Source: Epiperipatus broadwayi
Lineage: Eukaryota; Animalia; Onychophora
Assembly (NCBI GenBank): GCA_028023455.1
Contig: JAQFVV010000009.1
Location: 17,856,001 to 17,920,000 of the forward strand
Length of the DNA stretch: 64,000 bases
Reading direction: 5' to 3'
Shown here: in pieces, positions 38,901-51,120 of the stretch
Layout of the letters: every line of letters begins with the position of its first letter
How positions within the stretch are numbered: the stretch's first letter is position 1
Program-made: the position numbers and the translations under genes
Notes under the pieces: model-generated
Databases searched by the model: none
The model's input: the letters and a program-made list of their open reading frames with translations, nothing else
Told to the model about the DNA's origin: nothing

Positions 38901-41792
38901 TCATTTAAGTAGGAAAAAGTAAATGGTACACCCATTCTTTTGGTGGGCTATACCTGGAGAGGAGGTAGGTAGGGAGATGCAATTGTCCATGTAGGGTACC
39001 AATGCAGAGCTTCCACTACTGTTTCCGAAGCTATCCAAGGGCACTTCCAATGCCAGCTAAAAAAATATATATGTGAAGATGGAGGATTCAGAGTTTCCGG
39101 TGATCCTCAAATTATGATAAAGCAAATAATGATGATGGCTGACCTATGCTGGCAATGCTATAAAACTGTAATACATCCTTTAATGGTGTCAAAATAACTA
39201 ACGGCCTAAAGATAAAGTTTTAATCAGACGTAATGGCATGACCTGCATACTAAACCAAATTAAATAACTGAAATATAAAACTATTATGAATGTCTTAATG
39301 ACATACAATTGCATTTTCCTTCATTAAACGGGTCCCACATGCATTTGGAATCAGTAAGCATTATTTAATACTATAATGCTCAGGGCACTACTATAAATGA
39401 TTATTAATTTTAAAAAAATAACGGTCATTATTATTTAAAATATCTTAACTGCTTATTGAACCTGCCTAGAACAGCAATGATATTATTTTACTAGTTCTCA
39501 ATCCAGTGAGCAATGGCTTTAAAACAAATAATTTAAAGTAATTAAAATATCCCTGAAGCACTGGGGATTTAAAAGACTAATCTAAAATATAGGCTTGCGG
39601 AGTTGAGTTGACTTGGCATATAAATTACATATTTAGCAAACAATTATAATAATAAAATTTATTGCACTAAATAAAATGTAGGATTTAAAATTAAATAGAT
39701 ATAAGCATTTACATATATATATATATTTGATAGGATTAGAGAGAGAGAGTCTTACACCCAAAGATTAAATATAAATGTAAAAAACAACATACTAGTCAAA
39801 TATTTATAGGCAAACACAGACAATTTTACATGGATATTGGACTGATATATCGGCATACTCTGGGTCAAAGGCTGGATAGTTGGCTCTCTAAGCTTCAGTT
39901 TAGGATAATCAGCTTGGTGGTCAGCAGTCTTGGTCATTATTACTTCTTCATTGGTGACAGCATTCTTCCATGGCCGGAGCTTTTTGGAAACATTCTGAAG
40001 GCAGACCCGAGAGTGGGAAAAAGATGATTCGGGTCCCCTACTCAACTGACATTCTATTACGCTATTTTTTTTTTTTGTTATGGAAAAACTCAGGACAAAG
40101 AGAAAAGGCACAAGAAAAGTCAAAAAGCAAAAAGCAGAAAAAAAAAAAAAAAGCAAAAGCCACCTTATCTCCAATCTATCCTATTTATACATTCCTAACT
40201 ATGATAGGAATGCCTTAGTTCATTTGCCCAAAGGCAGATAAGCAATTAACAAATTACAGCCCATGTACTGTTTTGCTAAGTAGTAAGACATTACTTGCCG
40301 CGGCAAAAGATAACATGATCAGTTTATGATCGCTTATCCTAGTATAAATTCCTATTTATTGGAATTTTACCACGGTTAAATTTTGACCCTTTAAATTATC
40401 AAATTATCAATTATTAAGAAGATGATAGGTTCAAAACACATTTCAACTCGAAAGAATTTAAATTAATATAACAAAAATATTTCATTAACGAAATATTTTT
40501 AGTTAAAATAAAAATGACTTTGATAAGAAAACAATATTTCAATTAATGTAAGACGAGCTTTTAAAATATTTAATTAGTGAAGCAAAACTTCACAATGGAT
40601 TAATTTGAACCTATCATTTTGGTTATATCTTCTTTGTTTTAAATTTTTATAAAATTGAAATTAAAAGCAAATAAATTTTTACAAATGACAAACTTTATGT
40701 GATCAAACAAATTCTCTTTTTTTTTTTTTACAAAAAAAACACAAGCTTAAAATATTCAAAAGTATCAAAATCAAAATTATAAAATATTTCTTATATAGTA
40801 ATGTTTTAGCATATTTTAAATATATATACGTTGCCACATAGTAGGTGATGGCAAGATTAATACATTAAATATAATTTCTGGGTTTGAACCCTTGTAGATG
40901 TTAGTTTTTTAGGTAGGAAAACATGGAGCTCACTCTGACTATAGAGTGATTGCTTCAATATGTATGCAATAAAATATGAAAGTGGAAAATGTTATTTTTT
41001 TTTAATTTCTCCAGTTTTTCAGGTTCAAATGCCATTGATTTATTGTGCAGATTTTATGATATCACAATATGAATTTTTCATTGATACTAAGAATCCCTTG
41101 TCAGTTGCTAAAGCAATGCTTTTTGCAATTCGCCCTTTTACAATTTATCATATGTATTAATATAGTAATGATTTTTAATCACTATTGCAATTGAATAAAG
41201 GTTCACTTTACATTTATTGTTTTTTTATATAGATTTTTGTTAAAATACATTCCAGAATATCCACTCATTTATTAGCCGCAGTTTTAAATAGCATGCACAA
41301 ATTGTTATCTAAGTCATTTTTGAATGATTTAACATATATAAGATAACAATTTAAATAATATTTAAAAAATGAATATAGTTTTGAGCCCAGATATATAGTT
41401 CCTCATATTTTAAAAAAATAGAATACCAGAGTTAAAAAATGTATTGTAGACTACTAGAGCAAATTGCTTAGCTTAAAAAGCTGTCAATAATAATTAAGTT
41501 ATTTAGCAATGCCACTACTAACACATTTCTCTAGTAATTGTGTGGAAATAAATCCCATATATTCTTTTGATTAATATACAGTCTAATCTAGTTGCTAAGA
41601 CATATTTTTATCTATCTTGAATATTAAACAAATGTTTCTATGCTCCATGATTATATAATGTGCGCTATTCATATGGTCACAATAAGTTTTTTTGCTGCCA
41701 AAGCATTTTTAAACCAGAATCTTGGTTTCATAATCTAACACACTCTGGGGGGGGGGGATATCTGACTTTTATCTTTTGCTAAGATATCTTTC

Positions 41793-41888
41793 TCATGTGT
41801 CATAGCATCAGCCGGAAGCGAACCCGCTAACACGGGACAACTGCTTGTAAAGCAGCTGTCGCTGACCTCTCGACCACCAATGCTTGAC
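41793..41888 (-). mobile_element. Second copy of the tRNA-derived SINE, 16 bp TSD, no A-tail
   Basis: TSD tgctaagatatctttc (41777-41792, 41889-41904). Reverse complement gcattggtggtcgagaggtcagcgac...gcgggttcgcttccggctgatgctatgacac aligns with 27060-27150. Confidence 0.9.
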
Positions 41889-43106
41889 TGCTAAGATATC
41901 TTTCATGTCATCTTCAACATATAATCTAATGATATTAAATAGCTTAAAAATAATTTGAGATTTTTACCGTTGAGAAAATTTAATTTTTAAATAACTTTTA
42001 ACTACATATTATTTCTCATTTCTATATATGTATGTTTATTTAACATTTTACATTAAAAATTGGTATTTTATCACTTATTTTTTTACTTATTTTAATAAAC
42101 TGATTTATTAATTACATGGTAACCAGAATTCTAACGTTTGATATTTGTCACTGTACCATTAATAAAGATTTTTATTTTTAACTCTTAATATTGTGAATAG
42201 TAGAAAGGATTCAATTGGAATGAATTATTAGTGACAAGTATAATTGGTTCTAATTGCTAATTGTCATTATCTGGGCCAGACAAAACACTTCATTACTAAT
42301 AACCATTTGTCCTTCTCATATTTTGTCTCATCATTTAGACGATGTCATATTTGACTTGGAAGAAATCTTCATTTGTTTTTATAGTTTATAATTATTTAAT
42401 TAGAGTATTTTAATTCATTTTCTCATTCATTTTTGTTTTTGCTATATTGAATGTGTGTACTTACAATCAATCAAACATATGTAGGCAATTATTGCAAATA
42501 TTCTGACATCATTGTGTTTACAAATATGTCTTCAAGAATTAATAGGTGTGTATTTGTTATACGTACAGACTTTCTCTGTATAAAAGAGAATGTGTGAAAG
42601 AAAGATTGATTCCTTATAATTTTTTGTTTAAAAAATGGCAAGCTTTGCATGATCAATGACGATATACTGTTTAAACATATCATTGAAGTTTAACATTTAG
42701 CACTATTTTTTTATAATATATATAGAAACTATAATATTAAATTCTTATTGCTTTCAATAAATTTTCCATAATAGTCTATAGGATTTAGTACAGTGGTGGA
42801 GTGATAATTTGAAAGGTCCTGGATCAAATCCCAACCTATCGGTATCACTTTTATTATTTGAACAGCACAAGACCTTACTAAATAATTATTTTTTTATTAT
42901 CAAAAAAATAAAAAATAATTCTGTGAAACAACAATCATTACATTAGTATGTTTTACAAGATGAATAATAATATATTTTTCATTTCAAATTATTTGGTAAG
43001 TTTAAGTTTTTCTTTAAATATTTATTTTGTATATACAGACAATTCTTATCAATACTGTATGTATTTAAAATTATCCAAATTTTTGGAGATCATAATTTGT
43101 TACTAA

Positions 43107-44110
43107 GATGTATTTTTATATTGGGCTATTTCCATCATCTAATATGCTTATTGAATGTCTTTAGAAAAATTTCAACTTTATTTAAATATTTCAAATACAT
43201 TCAACTGTTAGTAATAGCACATCAAACAGGTTAGTATATGCCCAACATTTTGAGAGATATTATTCTCCCCTCTTCTTCACGTGCTGCTGGCCTGACCAGT
43301 GACACTACTAGCATGGAATTCAAACCTGGATCCTTAAATTCTTGAGTATTGAATTTTAAGGTAATGCTCTAACCAACTGAGCCATCTTGCCAAAAGGCAA
43401 GTTTGTAGAAATTTTATATATTTATCTTTGAGGTTCCTCCTGATTTCTCCACTTTTTCCTAAGAGCAAAGTTGATTAGTGGTTTTCATACATTATGTACA
43501 ATCACTCTATTGTCATGTGAGCTGCTTCTTTAAATTTTCTTCTTTGTACCTTTTCTTCTCTATCCAATATTCTTGTATTTTCCCAATTGAACATATGTTC
43601 ATTGACACTTACATGGTCAGTTACCTTAGACACATCTGTTTTTTCTCTCTTCTAATCATTAGTTTGGGTTCTTGCAAGTGCTTTTCAATGGGATGACTGG
43701 TCTCACCAATATATGGCAAAAAATCCCATAAGTCACTAATCAACTTTGCCCTTAGGAAAAAGTGGAGAAATCAGGAGGAACCTCATAGATAAGTATATGA
43801 AATTTTCTACAGACTGTTGCCATTGGCAGGATGGCTCAGTTGGTTAGAGCATTACCTTAAAATTCAGTACTCAATAATCTAAGGGTTCAGGTTTCAAATA
43901 CTATGATAGTACTGTCACTGGTTAGGCCAGAAACAACTGAAGAAGAGGGGAGAATAATCCCTCTCAAAACATTGTGCATATACTAACCTGTTTGATGTGC
44001 TATTATTAACAATTGAATGTATTTGAAATATTTAAATAAAGTTACAATTTTTTTAAAGACATTCAATACACATATTAGATGATGAAAATAGTCCAATATA
44101 AAAATACAAC
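43107..44110. mobile_element. Penelope-like unit: ~375 bp inverted arms (putative pLTRs) around a GIY-YIG fragment
   Basis: Arms 43107-43480 and 43734-44110 are reverse complements. Spacer 43481-43733 on the minus strand reads PYIGETSHPIEKHLQEPKLMIRREKTDVSKVTDHVSVNEHMFNWENTRILDREEKVQRRKFKEAAHM, the YIG..H..W..IL..E..R..EA pattern of PLE endonucleases. Confidence 0.8.
43937..43980 (+). ncRNA. Degenerate type-I hammerhead ribozyme core (inverted partner at 43237-43280)
   Basis: CTGAAGA-AGAGGGGA gaataa TCCCTCT-CAAAAC ATTGTGCATA. Restoring CpG transitions in both arms gives CTGAAGA-stem II-CGAAACG TTGGG CGTA. Stem I pairing is poor. Confidence 0.55.
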
Positions 44111-44268
44111 TAGAACACCATCATCACAAACCTTCAGGAAAAAATTGTTATTAAAATGTATGAAACCTTCAGGAAAACATTGTTACTAAGATGTATGATA
44201 ATAGTTTATGCAACACAAAGATTACATGGTATCATTTAATCTTTTTAATCTATTATTTGAAAGTTTAG

Positions 44269-44312
44269 ACAAGCTTTTTATATATGGCACACAAGCTTTT
44301 TATATATGGCAC
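44269..44312. repeat. Perfect two-copy 22 bp tandem repeat
   Basis: acaagctttttatatatggcac x2. Confidence 0.95.
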
Positions 44313-47300
44313 ATTCATATAATACTAAACTATATTGTCAAGTTATCATGACAATATAGTTAGTTTCTGCAGATCTCATGTTTAATTCTGGTCATTCCTT
44401 TAATATTTAAGCAGAATACATCTCTTAAGATAAAGTCTGTAGCATCTCATGTTTTGAACACAAACCATTACACTTTTCTGCTGAATAGTATGAATAATAT
44501 ACATAATATCAAAGGCAGGGTCATCCCCACACATACCTGTATTGAAAAAAATTTCAAAATCTACTGGGAATCGAAATCTTTTTTCACAGCAATAGAAGAT
44601 GAAGTGCTAAACATTACATAGAGTCTTTTATTTTGTACATGTCTAAGTTATTAAAAGTAATACTTTTAATTTAGTTTTTAAATATTTTTACATATGCTGC
44701 ATATAATGCATTTAGTGATATACTTTATGTAGTATTTATGTGTAGAATATTTGTTACATTTGCTATCTTTATACACATTTGACACATTGCAAATGTAAAT
44801 GTCATTTTGTACTTGTATTGCTGTCTAGCAGTGACAGGGGTAGCGAAAATGATTTGCTGGCAGTCAGTTATCAAAATTGGAAAATACATATTTAAAGTTG
44901 TAATTATAAAGATATGAGACTTTCCTTAGACAAATGTAATGTACACTGAAATGCAATAAAAAGGAAAAGCCATAATTGAATAATGATAATATCAGGCAAC
45001 TAAGCACTTTCAAAGCTTTCTATGTTCTCATAGTTATAGCATTAGAATCATCATAGGAAAAAATGGTATATATTATGACAGTCAGTCTTAAATGACTGGC
45101 ACAAAGATGTCTGCAGGCATAGTTGCAGTCTGAATAAACATATATATATATAAAAGAAATAATAAAAGGTTGGTCTGTGCAAGTATATTTTCACTTCGTT
45201 TGCACATGTAAGATGTTTTAAATTAAAAAAGATAAATGGTGACGATACATTTTAAATGTACAATCATATACATTTAAAGTGAAATGCATTTTTTTTTTTT
45301 CTGTTTTAATAAATGTATCATTTTGATAAGGTGGAGGGGATATAAAATTATACTGGGAAAGTTAAATGTAAACAAGCCAGCAACTAAATATATTTTCTTT
45401 TTAAATTATCAAATTTAGATGTATGTTTTTATTTTTGGATTACATGTTGAAAATAAATTTATGTACAAAATTTTTAAAAAATAATGTTAACCTTGTTACA
45501 ACACGTAATCTTTATAAATTTTTTGTTTTCTTTGTTAATTATGGTTTTAATGACCGCAGGCAAGTTATTGATTTCTCTCTTTTGCTATAGAATTTTTAGA
45601 GAAAATTGTAAAAGCACATGGTTTGACACCTGCAGATTAAAAATTAATTAAAACATGGGATAGGAATGTGAATCACTAATGGTTTAAAAGAAAATTCTTA
45701 AACAGATTTAAAAAGATAAAAAGAGTTTTAATTAAACTAATTAAAAAATTCGAAAACAGCAATAGTTTGTAGAGGGGACCCTGTAATGAGGAGGATGTAT
45801 ATGTTCTGATCAGATGATATTGGGAATTATTAATTGATTCATTCATTCAGTTTGGCATATTGAATTCAGTTGAGTTGAAGGCAAAGAGTTCAATGCGTGC
45901 TGTTGAAACCTGATTGACTTATTTTTCGTCGATGATCGGTTCAAGCATTCATTTATGCAGAGATTGTTTTTTTTTTTTGTGACTTCACTTGAATTTACTG
46001 AAGCGTTTGATTTTGCTTTATAATCAGCAACAGAGAGTATATAATTGACAGTAAAAACTTCAAAGTGATTGCAAGCTATAATCATGTCTAATCCGAAGAA
46101 ATAAAGAACTACAAATAGAAAACTAGAAAGGAATTGGGAATGTGACCAGAAAAAGTTTGCTGAAAGAAATAGATTCTTTATGCTGCTGAAAGAAATGGAT
46201 TCAATGGAAAGATATTGCAAGTTATTTAAAGAATTAATATAATAATTTCAATGAGAAATCATCGTAACATGGATCCATTTGAAATAGAAATCAAAGACGT
46301 CTAACCACAGCCCAAAGAGCCAGAAGATGCAGTTAAAACCACTTAATCCGAAGTATAGAACAAAAATGGAAAGAATGAAATCAAGACTGAATAGTATTGC
46401 GCCAGCAAACATCGAGTAGAGAACCCACTTCGGTGCATTCGCAGTGCTCAAGACCTATGTAGCCACCAAGTTATATGACTCTGTCCATTCGAAAATGTAG
46501 CTGTCTATGAACTATTATGCCTCCATCCATAGAAGAGACCCCTTCAGTCACCTGCTCAAGATGTATGGATCTCCTCAAAAGCCCTCAGCCCGGAAGAAAA
46601 CAAAGTCTACGGGAAGTAAAACCCCTTATATTTCTAAATATAATTTGTGTGTGTGTGTGTGATTTAAATATTTTTACGAATGATTTGTTTTTCTTTTTAT
46701 TGTTATAACTAGAATCAGATAGTGAAAATTTACATAATCTTTTATATGTATTTGACCAATGATTTTATTATTATTATTATTAATTCTATATGTGATTCAA
46801 TAGAGTTTATTACCAAAATAAATTTTAGTATATTATGAATGTTTTAGATTAATGATTTAAGGAAGGTAGATTACTCGTAAAGTTAGATACACACAAGGGG
46901 TAGGCATTAGCCTATTCGCCACTTTAGTCTTATTTTATTACATAAATATCCATTACATGCAGGATTAGTGTACAGTCAATAACCGTTCTTTTCTTTAAGA
47001 ATGTATCGTATAAAGAAACGGGTCATTAAATCTACCTTCCCATATAGTTGAAAGGCTATGGAGTGTGCGCATTCGTTTATAAATAACTTTATCTTTTTAA
47101 TCCGCCATGTGCAGGATTCAATATGTTATTACTTACCATAAATTCAATATGTTATTACTTACCATAAATTCATTCTAATTAGTATAAATTTGTTCCATCC
47201 GCTACGTGCAGGATAATAGTAATAGTAAAAAAATAAGGGAATAAATATGTTGATTAGTTCCTTGTTTGGATGGTCCGCTACGTGCAGGATCGATTGAGGA

Positions 47301-47999
47301 ACTCTCTTACTTAAATATTATAAATTGCGGTTAAGTAATGACAGCAAATAATAATGAAATCTTTATTAGTTTAAGAAAAAAGACAGAGGGTTATTCAATG
47401 AAACACGTATCTACCATGGATCGTATATATATTGTAATCACATATAGAATATATCTTATAAAATGCCATAGAGTGTGCAAACGAAGATGAAACTTAGACC
47501 ATCCTATCCCATTGGGTAAATATTTAATGATTTTAAATTGGGGTTTTTGATAAAATTTCATGGTGTGCTTTGTATTTATATATTTCTGTTGTTATTTATA
47601 TGTAATATTATAAAATTAAGGGCTAAATAAATGCAGAGATAGAATATTAAAATTCCAACATTGTGCTGTGTAATTAGTTAAGATTTTATCATTTATCCTC
47701 ATTTATTAGCTAAACAACAAACCACTTTCCCGAGATAAAGAGTAGATGAACTAGCCTGGGATTAATCTCTATCGGGACATAGAGTAATTCGTTAGAATAT
47801 CCATCTTTTTAGTGATTTATTAAGTAACATATCTATATTATTGATTTTATTTAAGTCAAAAAGGGACTAACCCTTACCTAAATTATGCACTCGTATCCCT
47901 CTGGGGAGGGAGCAATCTTTTCTCAGAGGTGGTGCTTAAAGGTCTTGGGTAACCGGATCTTTCAAAGGTATGAATGTAATAATTTTCTTTAATGATGCA

Positions 48000-48620
48000 A
48001 TTCTAGAAAATAATAAATGATGGTGTCTAACTGAATACCTACAATCATTGCTCGGTTGCATAACATGCTTTTCATGCTCAATGTGTGTATACGGGTAGAG
48101 TGTTGAATGGACCAGTACAATATATAAGAAAATATATATTCAAAGCTTGTGCAAATTAGAAAGTACATTTCTTTCGGTTTATAGCATTGTTGTTATTAGC
48201 TATGTGCCAAGTTTTTTTTGACTTTTCACTAGAATTGTTTCTCTCAATTCAAACAATTGTGGAGAATAAGAGTTCAGATGTACGGCCAGTGATTTTCTGA
48301 TGCTCTAAGAAAATTGACTTATGCTCTGGTTGTCTAAGGTTCTTCTATATAGATATCAGTGCTGGGAAAGTTGAGTGGAGAGGGATATATGAGATTTGTC
48401 GTAATATGTGGTATTGCACCCAGCCTGGGGGCATACAATCTTGTATACAATGTTCAGGGTTTGATCAGTGTTAAGCCTATCCTTGGAATTGTTTATTAAT
48501 ATGTTAGTAAAAGAAGGAATGTGGTATCATGTACAGTGTGTTAGTGTGAGGGTGTTGTTAAGATTTTTGGTTATATAAGGGATATATGGAAGTCGAATCC
48601 AGGGTCTGTTATCTTTAAGC
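48000..48620 (-). mobile_element. Penelope-like GIY-YIG endonuclease relic
   Basis: Minus strand SKDRLNTDQTLNIVYKIVCPQAGCNTTYYDKS..LSTQLSQH..LEHQKITG..IERNNSSEKSKK, matching the VY.I.C..C...YIG.T..L..R..EH pattern. Boundaries approximate. Confidence 0.7.
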
Positions 48621-50364
48621 CAGTTTTTGTTCATCTTACAATAAAATTGTTTCACTGTTCTTGTAAAGTAATTCTATTTGAAGCCTATGCTATGCTACTT
48701 CAGATATTGTTCAATATTGGCTTTTCAAGAAGCTTCAAACTTACATAATAAATGATTTTTATGAAAAAAAGAGAAAAGACCAGATAATTTATAAGAGTGC
48801 AAAGAGATAGATTTAGGATGTGAAAAGCCTCAAATATCTAGTAGTTTAAAGGATTTGGTAAGAGCAGATGAACAGAATGCCATTGAAACTGATCCTGTAA
48901 GCTTTGTTTTAATAAACAAATCAGAAATTGGTCATTAAATAACATAATTTATCTTATTTAATAAGTCTCAATGGAGGTAATGACAATGTTCCATTGCATG
49001 AATATGTAAATATATTGAACCGGGTGGAGTGTTTATTATGAGGGAGTAAACACAATCTATATTCACTTTTGACTCTTTAAATAAAATACTTGTGAAAGCA
49101 AAATTATAAAACTCTTTTTTATACAAAAATATGTTACAATTATATATTTGATCTACACCAATGCAATTTAAATATTGCGACACCACTGCTCCTTAGGCAG
49201 AGAAGAATAATACTCAGGGGGCACCTGTGACCAAGCCAGAGCTATATATAAAAATATATAACTGTGATCACATTTGAAGGACACAGATCTCCTTAGCTGC
49301 AGAATTCAATAACTATCATTCAAAGCACTTTTTTGTTTCGGAGTAAACTCCAGGCGCCAGTTAGCTAGAAGAACTAATGTGTTTTGAATGATGGCAAACT
49401 AATTCAGCACCTAAGATATCCCTACTAGCTCAATCAAAAGGATAGTATAATATAGTGTTACTTTATTTAGTGGTAAAAGAATTGACCGACAAATATTAAA
49501 TTTTAAAGACAATTTATTTTTAAATAATTACTTATCTAATTGTAACTACTTTTATAAAAACTTAATTAAATTAGACAATTATAATTACATGTAATGACCA
49601 TGCACAAACTCTGAATTCATACACTAGAATACAATATAACAAAAGCATTAAATAATACATGACATTTAAAAAACATGCACATCAATAGTTCTTTATGCAT
49701 GCTATAGAGTTCATTTATTAATTGACTCTGGGAGGCTTCAAGGTTAGCAATGACTCCATTATTATCAGAAATGAATTAAGAAAATTATTCATTACCTATA
49801 GGATTTTTGGACATTAAATTCTTCTGTTTGCTACTTCAGATGAAAATCTTTTCCAACCAGTTGGATTTGAGGTTTTATGGAAGTTCCTTTGCTTATTACT
49901 TTGTGGCACTATTCTTTAAGATTGTTAGGCAGGCATCACTTTTTCTGGGCAAATTGCTGATCTTCCATTAGAATAAGGGCTGGAGAAAAGCCATGTGATT
50001 CCAGTGCTTGTTAGCACTGCATTGTCCTGGTAAACACTGATTGATTGATAGTGACTGAATTGAACTCAACTGATTGATCAAAACCGGATCATTTATGTGA
50101 TGACCTGTTGTCACTTTGTTAATTGGTTTTTATGTCCACCAGCTATATCTGTTCATGAAATTTCTCCACTATTTTTGATTACATTCCTTTGATAAGATTT
50201 TAACCCTATTGTCAGTTCGTAGCCATTGCTAATTTGTTGTTTTGTGGATTTTTAATTAGTAGCCATTGCTAAATTCCGTTCTTTTATATAGCTTTTAGTA
50301 TATACAATCCTTGAAGAAATTTCTTTTAACTTATAACTTTCATTTATTCTTTAATATTTAACAT

Positions 50365-51120
50365 TGTAACGATATATAAATATGTCGTTACATTAATTTA
50401 AAATAAAAAACTTTTAAGTTTGCATATAAAAATAAGTGTATTAAAAATAAAAGTAAAAAAAACTAAACGCTAAAATTAAAAACGTTTGTTATACGTATAT
50501 ATATTCGCACAGATGCTAAACTTTAAAAATATTTTTTTTTTAAAACAAACAAAAAAAATGAGAGAGAACGGCAAGTGCGTCTTACCGTTGTCATCAAATC
50601 AAGTTGGAAAAAACTGACTGGAACTCAATATTTTTTTCTTTTTATAGTCCTATGGATTCCATGAACAAAAACGTCACTGTTCTGTTTTTTCGTTATGGTC
50701 CGGGCCTTTATTTGGCTTCCATTGGTCAAGCTAAAATCTCTTTCTTCTCTTATCTAACTTTCCATCTGACTTTTTAATTAAACAGCTTTTAGATAATTAA
50801 TAAACAATCATTTCCATTTACAGATTACAGGAATTAATTAATACCTGTTTTTATTTTAACTTATGTTATTTTTTTATTAAAATATTTTTATAAATCTTTT
50901 TTTTATAAAAAATACATTCAAATACCTTTTTTTTTTTTGTTTATGAAAAAAAATATTTTTAAAGTTTAGCATCTGTGCGAATATATATATGTATAACAAA
51001 CGTTTTTAATTTTAGCGTTTAGTTTTTTTTACTTTTATTTTTAATACACTTATTTTTATATGCGAACTTAAAAGTTTTTTATTTTAAATTAATGTAACGA
51101 CATATTTATATATCGTTACA
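50365..51120. mobile_element. Young MITE with ~175 bp near-perfect TIRs, TGT..ACA ends and 4 bp TSD (Ginger-like)
   Basis: TSD acat at 50361-50364 and 51121-51124. TIRs ~50365-50540 and ~50946-51120 differ at about 2 positions. No ORF. Confidence 0.85.

Noticed and set aside
39752-40174. 140 aa ORF with a hydrophobic, signal-peptide-like N-terminus
   Set aside because: The Phe/Leu-rich start comes from A-runs on the opposite strand and no domain is recognised. Only an internal part is kept as a weak exon candidate.
40164-40338. Cluster of GATA-like sites
   Set aside because: WGATAR is common in AT-rich DNA; enrichment cannot be shown without a background model.
46251-46619. Apparent decayed ORF in which all stops revert to Gln/Arg by T-to-C
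   Set aside because: Every stop codon does this trivially, and six internal stops in 123 codons is unremarkable for AT-rich DNA.
46950-47290. CRISPR-like reading of the iterated 17-mer
   Set aside because: Irregular spacing, too few and too short repeats, eukaryotic context and no cas genes.
49310-49395. ggag-ttta-ctcc-gaaac hairpin (minus strand) inside a short inverted repeat
   Set aside because: No CUGANGA upstream, so not a hammerhead.
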